Assembly (NCBI GenBank): GCA_011380095.1
Contig: DSAL01000063.1
Location: forward strand, 1-37,396
Length of the DNA: 37,396 nucleotides
Direction: 5' to 3'
Source of the DNA: Candidatus Altiarchaeales archaeon
GTDB lineage: Archaea > Altiarchaeota > Altiarchaeia > IMC4 > SCGC-AAA252-I15
Positions within the stretch are counted from its first letter, which is position 1. The number at the start of each line of letters is the position of its first letter. Positions 34,308-37,396 of the stretch are shown here, piece by piece. The notes under the pieces were generated by a model that saw only the letters and a list, made by a program, of their open reading frames with translations, had not been told where the DNA came from and did no database searches. Position numbers and translations under genes: made by a program.

Positions 34308-36257
34308 ATGTTTAGAATGGCGCAAGAGTTGGGTTTCAGACGGCTGGCTTATGTCGACGTGTTTCGCGGGTTCGCCCTACTCTACATGGTAGTCTGCCAC
34401 CTCTTCACATACTTCTCGGACAAGAGCGTCTACACTTCAAAACCATACTACATTCCCGCGCTAAACATTCCGACACTGCTTCCGCCACCCTACATGTTTT
34501 TCGTGGTCGCCGGAATGAGCGTCTGGCTCATGCTGGAAAAAAGAAGGGATGAAGGATGCTCGGGGATTACGTTGGCGTGGAAAGGAATCAGAAGATACGG
34601 CATATATGTTTTGATCAGCCTGCCTTTCACATGGTTCATGTTCGGCCTAAACGCCTATTTCACGTGGGCTGAGGCGATACAAGGGATAGGACTTGCGGCT
34701 GTAGTCATAGCATCAATACTTTCTTTCAAAAGATTCAAGTCAGAAACGCTTCTTCTCGCGTCAATCATCATCTACTCGCTAAAAGACGTTTTGTCTTCAA
34801 CATCGATTGCGTGGAGCGTTCCCTACAATCTTGAAGGCGGAATAACCGCCTCAATCCTCGGCCTGCTATTCAACATGACGTTCCGCGGATGGTTCAGTCT
34901 CGTGAGCGCGGCCCCCATGCTTTTGGCGGGCGTCGCATTCATCCAATGGTTCACGCGCGGAGAATCCAAAAAAGTTTTTCAGGCTGGAGTCTTGTTTTTC
35001 GCAACAGCAATGCTCCTGCAGATAATCGGGTTTCCTGCGAATTATTACGAGAGAAACTGGCCGACGATATTTTACATAATAGGGATATCGGCTCTCGCAT
35101 GCACTCTGCTGCACCATCTTGTGGAGGAGAAAAACTGGGGTGGGAAACTAAAGCCCGTGAGCCTGTACGGATTCTTCAGCCTCTACATCTACCTCGGCCA
35201 CTTCCTGTTCATCGTAAAACCGCTTGAGATAACAGGAATGCTCGGCGCCTTCAACGAGATTTCAGGATGGATTCTGGCCGCGATGGCGACAACACTTCTT
35301 TACGCGCTCGCCGAAGTCTACACCGCACGTAAAAAGAAAGTGGGTTTCAAACTGTTGAATACTTTAGATTTTCTGCAGGCGACCATAGTAGTAGTAGTCT
35401 TGATTTATGCTACCGGATTCGTCCTAAACGGCTTTTCGACCGGCGAAAAAATCCTTGTTGTCTGCGCCCACCCGGATGATGAGACGTTCGGCGCTGGTGG
35501 CGTGATAATCAAAAACGTGCTGGCTGGAAATCATGTGAAGATTCTGATGTTCACGGACGGTTCGCCCTCAGAATTCGGGGGAACACGAGAATACGCAAAA
35601 CAGAGGCGGATGGAATTGGAGAAGGCAATGTCTGTTGCGGGCGTCGCCAAAAGAGACATAGTATATCTCGGCTATGACGACCTCAACTTCATCTTCGAGC
35701 TCGGAAAAACTGGAATTGACGAAAGCGTGGGGAGGATCGCAGATATTATCCGAGACTACAAGCCAGACAAGATTTACGTCCACGCCTACGACCACGGAAA
35801 CCTCGACCACGACTCCGTCAACTACATCACAGTCCGCGCCATCGAAAAAACAGGCGTTATGGGAATCAAACTCTACGAGTTCACGCAATACACAAAATTC
35901 GGCTACCACACTCCGATTCCGAAAAAATTAAGCGTCGTCGACCATGAAAAATACCCTGTAGTCGAACTCAAGATGACTGCCGCCGAAGAGGATTTGAAGA
36001 AAAAGATGGGGGGCTACTACGTCTCCCAAGACCAGTACGGCGTATGCGACCTCACAACCGACTGGCCAGAACCACGCAAAGAATGCGCAGACTCCATAAA
36101 CAAATTCTTCTACCACAAAGACCTGATACGAAAATACCCGGGCTACGACTACACAAAAAGCCCATGCCTAAACGACTCCTGCAGGCATGTGGAAATCCAT
36201 GGAGGAGTAAACTGGAGCGGATGGTACAGTATAATCCAAGAATACGAAAACCGGTAG
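34308..36257 (+). CDS. Fusion protein: DUF1624/HGSNAT-like acyltransferase-3-clan membrane domain + PIG-L/LmbE-family deacetylase
   Basis: The N-terminal ~370 aa are polytopic and open with RRLAYVDVFRGFALLYMVVCH, like R..S.D.FRG.A...MV of HGSNAT/DUF1624. The C-terminal ~270 aa carry KILVVCAHPDDETFGAGG and HAYDHGNLDHD, the PIG-L metal-site motifs. It is one uninterrupted ORF. Confidence 0.75.
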   Translation: MFRMAQELGFRRLAYVDVFRGFALLYMVVCHLFTYFSDKSVYTSKPYYIPALNIPTLLPPPYMFFVVAGMSVWLMLEKRRDEGCSGITLAWKGIRRYGIYVLISLPFTWFMFGLNAYFTWAEAIQGIGLAAVVIASILSFKRFKSETLLLASIIIYSLKDVLSSTSIAWSVPYNLEGGITASILGLLFNMTFRGWFSLVSAAPMLLAGVAFIQWFTRGESKKVFQAGVLFFATAMLLQIIGFPANYYERNWPTIFYIIGISALACTLLHHLVEEKNWGGKLKPVSLYGFFSLYIYLGHFLFIVKPLEITGMLGAFNEISGWILAAMATTLLYALAEVYTARKKKVGFKLLNTLDFLQATIVVVVLIYATGFVLNGFSTGEKILVVCAHPDDETFGAGGVIIKNVLAGNHVKILMFTDGSPSEFGGTREYAKQRRMELEKAMSVAGVAKRDIVYLGYDDLNFIFELGKTGIDESVGRIADIIRDYKPDKIYVHAYDHGNLDHDSVNYITVRAIEKTGVMGIKLYEFTQYTKFGYHTPIPKKLSVVDHEKYPVVELKMTAAEEDLKKKMGGYYVSQDQYGVCDLTTDWPEPRKECADSINKFFYHKDLIRKYPGYDYTKSPCLNDSCRHVEIHGGVNWSGWYSIIQEYENR

Positions 36258-36378
36258 ACTCTAGTATATCACATATTTTAAAGCTAAAGCGTGTAACATT
36301 TCACTCAAACTGTTAACATAGTTTGTATCATGTAGTGTGTTTCGTCCAGCTTCGCGGGACTCAAGCACACATTCCAAG

Positions 36379-36386
36379 TTTTTTAA
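36379..36386 (+). promoter_or_regulatory. TATA-like box (TTTTTTAA) for the C/D box sRNA
   Basis: It lies within the 16-mer TTCCAAGTTTTTTAAG (36372-36387). It sits about 24-30 nt upstream of the predicted sRNA 5-prime end near 36410, which is typical archaeal TATA-to-TSS spacing. Confidence 0.45.
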
Positions 36387-36409
36387 GCCTCGTGGCGTAA
36401 CATTAAACT

Positions 36410-36465
36410 GCTTGTGATGATTGATGGGCGAACTGATTCGTGATGATGCGAACAACCACTGAAGC
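36410..36465 (+). ncRNA. C/D box sRNA (2-prime-O-methylation guide)
   Basis: The architecture is canonical. C box GTGATGA is at 36414-36420, followed by a 12-nt guide TTGATGGGCGAA. D-prime CTGA is at 36433-36436, followed by the 3-nt spacer TTC. C-prime GTGATGA is at 36440-36446, followed by a 12-nt guide TGCGAACAACCA. D box CTGA is at 36459-36462. GCT (36410-36412) and AGC (36463-36465) can form the terminal stem. The element is intergenic. Confidence 0.8.
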
Positions 36466-36485
36466 AAAAAAAATAGTCTAAAAAA

Positions 36486-37373
36486 ATGAAGTATGATATC
36501 GAACGGAGCCTGAACCATATCGGCGAGACGAACGCCATCCGCAAACTACTCTGGAGGATGGACGAGAAGGTCGACAAGCTCAGCTTTGGAATACAGCAGG
36601 GCGACGACTGCATCGTAGTCGACGACATGGTATTCAACATGGAAGGACCATACCCCATGAAGATCGGCAGGAAAACCGGCCTCGTCCACAGCTGCAGCGA
36701 CATCGTAGTCATGGGGGGCCGTCCGCTTTTCGCCCTCAACTCCATGCAAGTCGATTCTCTTGAACAGGCTTCGGAAGTCGCGGAAGACATCAAAAAACAA
36801 AGCGAACGCTTGGGCGTGCCCATGGTCGGGGGAAACACCCAGCTTGAAAATGACATTATACCATGCGTCTCGTTCACGGTAGTCGGACGGCTCGTCGGAA
36901 AACCAATAGCCGACGGAGGCGTGCAAGACGGCGACAAGATAATAATGCTCGGAGAAGTCGTGGAAGGCGACATCGGGGAACGATGCTATCGGGCGAAAAC
37001 CAAGTTTGAGACATTCCTCGACATACTCGAAAAAGGCGTTGAAGTCCATGCGGCAAAAGACGCAAGCCGGGGAGGCTGGTTCGGAAACCTGACTGAAATG
37101 CTATTGAAAAGCCAGATGGGAGTCAACGTGACAAGCATCCCATACCCGGACATAAGCCGCTACATGGGCAACTACCTGATAGCGCTTCCCGCCGGTGAAG
37201 TTGAAAAAGTCGTGGGGATAGCCGCCAAACACAAGTGTCCGGTAGTCGAAGTCGGAACCGCGACAAAAAAACAGGAGATATTCTTGGGCGGGGAAGTAGT
37301 GGTGGACGAGAATAAATTCATGGAGTTAATCAAAAACACACCCTACAAAAAACCAAGGACAAAAAAAGAATAA
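36486..37373 (+). CDS. PurM/AIR-synthase-related protein (COG2144-like), paralog 2
   Basis: Matching stretches are QQGDDCIVVDDMVFNMEGPY, VHSCSDIVVMGGRPLFALN, RLGVPMVGGNT, VSFTVVGRL and HAAKDASRGGW. It is paralogous to 15472-16251. Confidence 0.7.
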   Translation: MKYDIERSLNHIGETNAIRKLLWRMDEKVDKLSFGIQQGDDCIVVDDMVFNMEGPYPMKIGRKTGLVHSCSDIVVMGGRPLFALNSMQVDSLEQASEVAEDIKKQSERLGVPMVGGNTQLENDIIPCVSFTVVGRLVGKPIADGGVQDGDKIIMLGEVVEGDIGERCYRAKTKFETFLDILEKGVEVHAAKDASRGGWFGNLTEMLLKSQMGVNVTSIPYPDISRYMGNYLIALPAGEVEKVVGIAAKHKCPVVEVGTATKKQEIFLGGEVVVDENKFMELIKNTPYKKPRTKKE

Positions 37374-37396
37374 AAAAAATAATTGTATGTTATACC

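Noticed and set aside
36335-36370. Imperfect hairpin GTGTG-N-GTCC-N9-GGAC-N-CACAC upstream of the sRNA promoter
   Set aside because: The stems are only 5 and 4 bp with large internal loops. That is too weak to call a structured RNA or terminator from sequence alone.
36383-37049. 196-aa and 167-aa minus-strand ORFs (36383-36973, 36546-37049)
   Set aside because: Both are antisense to the PurM-like paralog, which has clear family motifs. The first would also run across the C/D box sRNA.
1-37396. Scan for tRNA, rRNA, CRISPR arrays, transposases, integrases and prophage or defence genes
   Set aside because: I saw no T-loop/GTTCGAATC-like tRNA signatures in the intergenic gaps, which are mostly under 100 nt. 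I saw no regularly spaced repeats and no recombinase-like ORFs. The region looks like core chromosome rather than an accessory island.

Overview
This is a gene-dense archaeal chromosomal segment of about 40 genes, many joined by 4-nt ATGA/GTGA start-stop overlaps. Archaeal hallmarks include PCNA, RFC large subunit, NreA, class I LysRS, archaeal-type UMP kinase, type 2 methionine aminopeptidase, HMG-CoA reductase and a canonical C/D box sRNA. I saw no rRNA, tRNA, CRISPR array, transposase or integrase.

Layout:
- 1-5301 (-): glycosylation operon with four GT4-type glycosyltransferases and an AglH/WecA-like GlcNAc-1-P transferase.
- 5543-7742: PadR regulator, myo-inositol-1-phosphate synthase and a CDP-alcohol phosphatidyltransferase (inositol phospholipid module).
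- 7836-9130: translationally coupled coiled-coil pair.
- 9122-14535: RFC-L, HD phosphohydrolase, tmk, map and a class II-type HMG-CoA reductase.
- 14608-17455: Lys-rich/8-Cys small protein, YkgJ-type Cys-cluster protein coupled to a PurM-like protein, and a TctA-like membrane protein.
- 17567-20581: NrdD-like double ATP-cone protein directly abutting nreA.
- 20601-23382: trkH/trkA and a pheT truncated after the B3/B4 domain.
- 23420-28157: DUF4870 protein, then two glycine-zipper membrane paralogs, DUF2085 and a tandem AAA+ ATPase.
- 28169-34277: argC/lysY, a membrane protein, a PfkB kinase, pyrH, PCNA and lysK.
- 34308-37373: acyltransferase-3-like membrane domain fused to a PIG-L deacetylase, a C/D box sRNA, and a second PurM-like paralog.

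Best candidates for undescribed biology:
1. The apparently radical-less NrdD-like ATP-cone protein coupled to the PCNA-binding repair factor NreA.
2. The PIG-L/acyltransferase fusion, which together with MIPS, AIP synthase and GT4 genes suggests a GPI-like glucosaminyl-inositol lipid pathway.
3. The membrane-protein plus tandem Vps4-like AAA+ operon, whose ATPase has aromatic-less pore loops and an unrecognised N-terminal domain.

All domain calls come from by-eye motif recognition; no searches were run.
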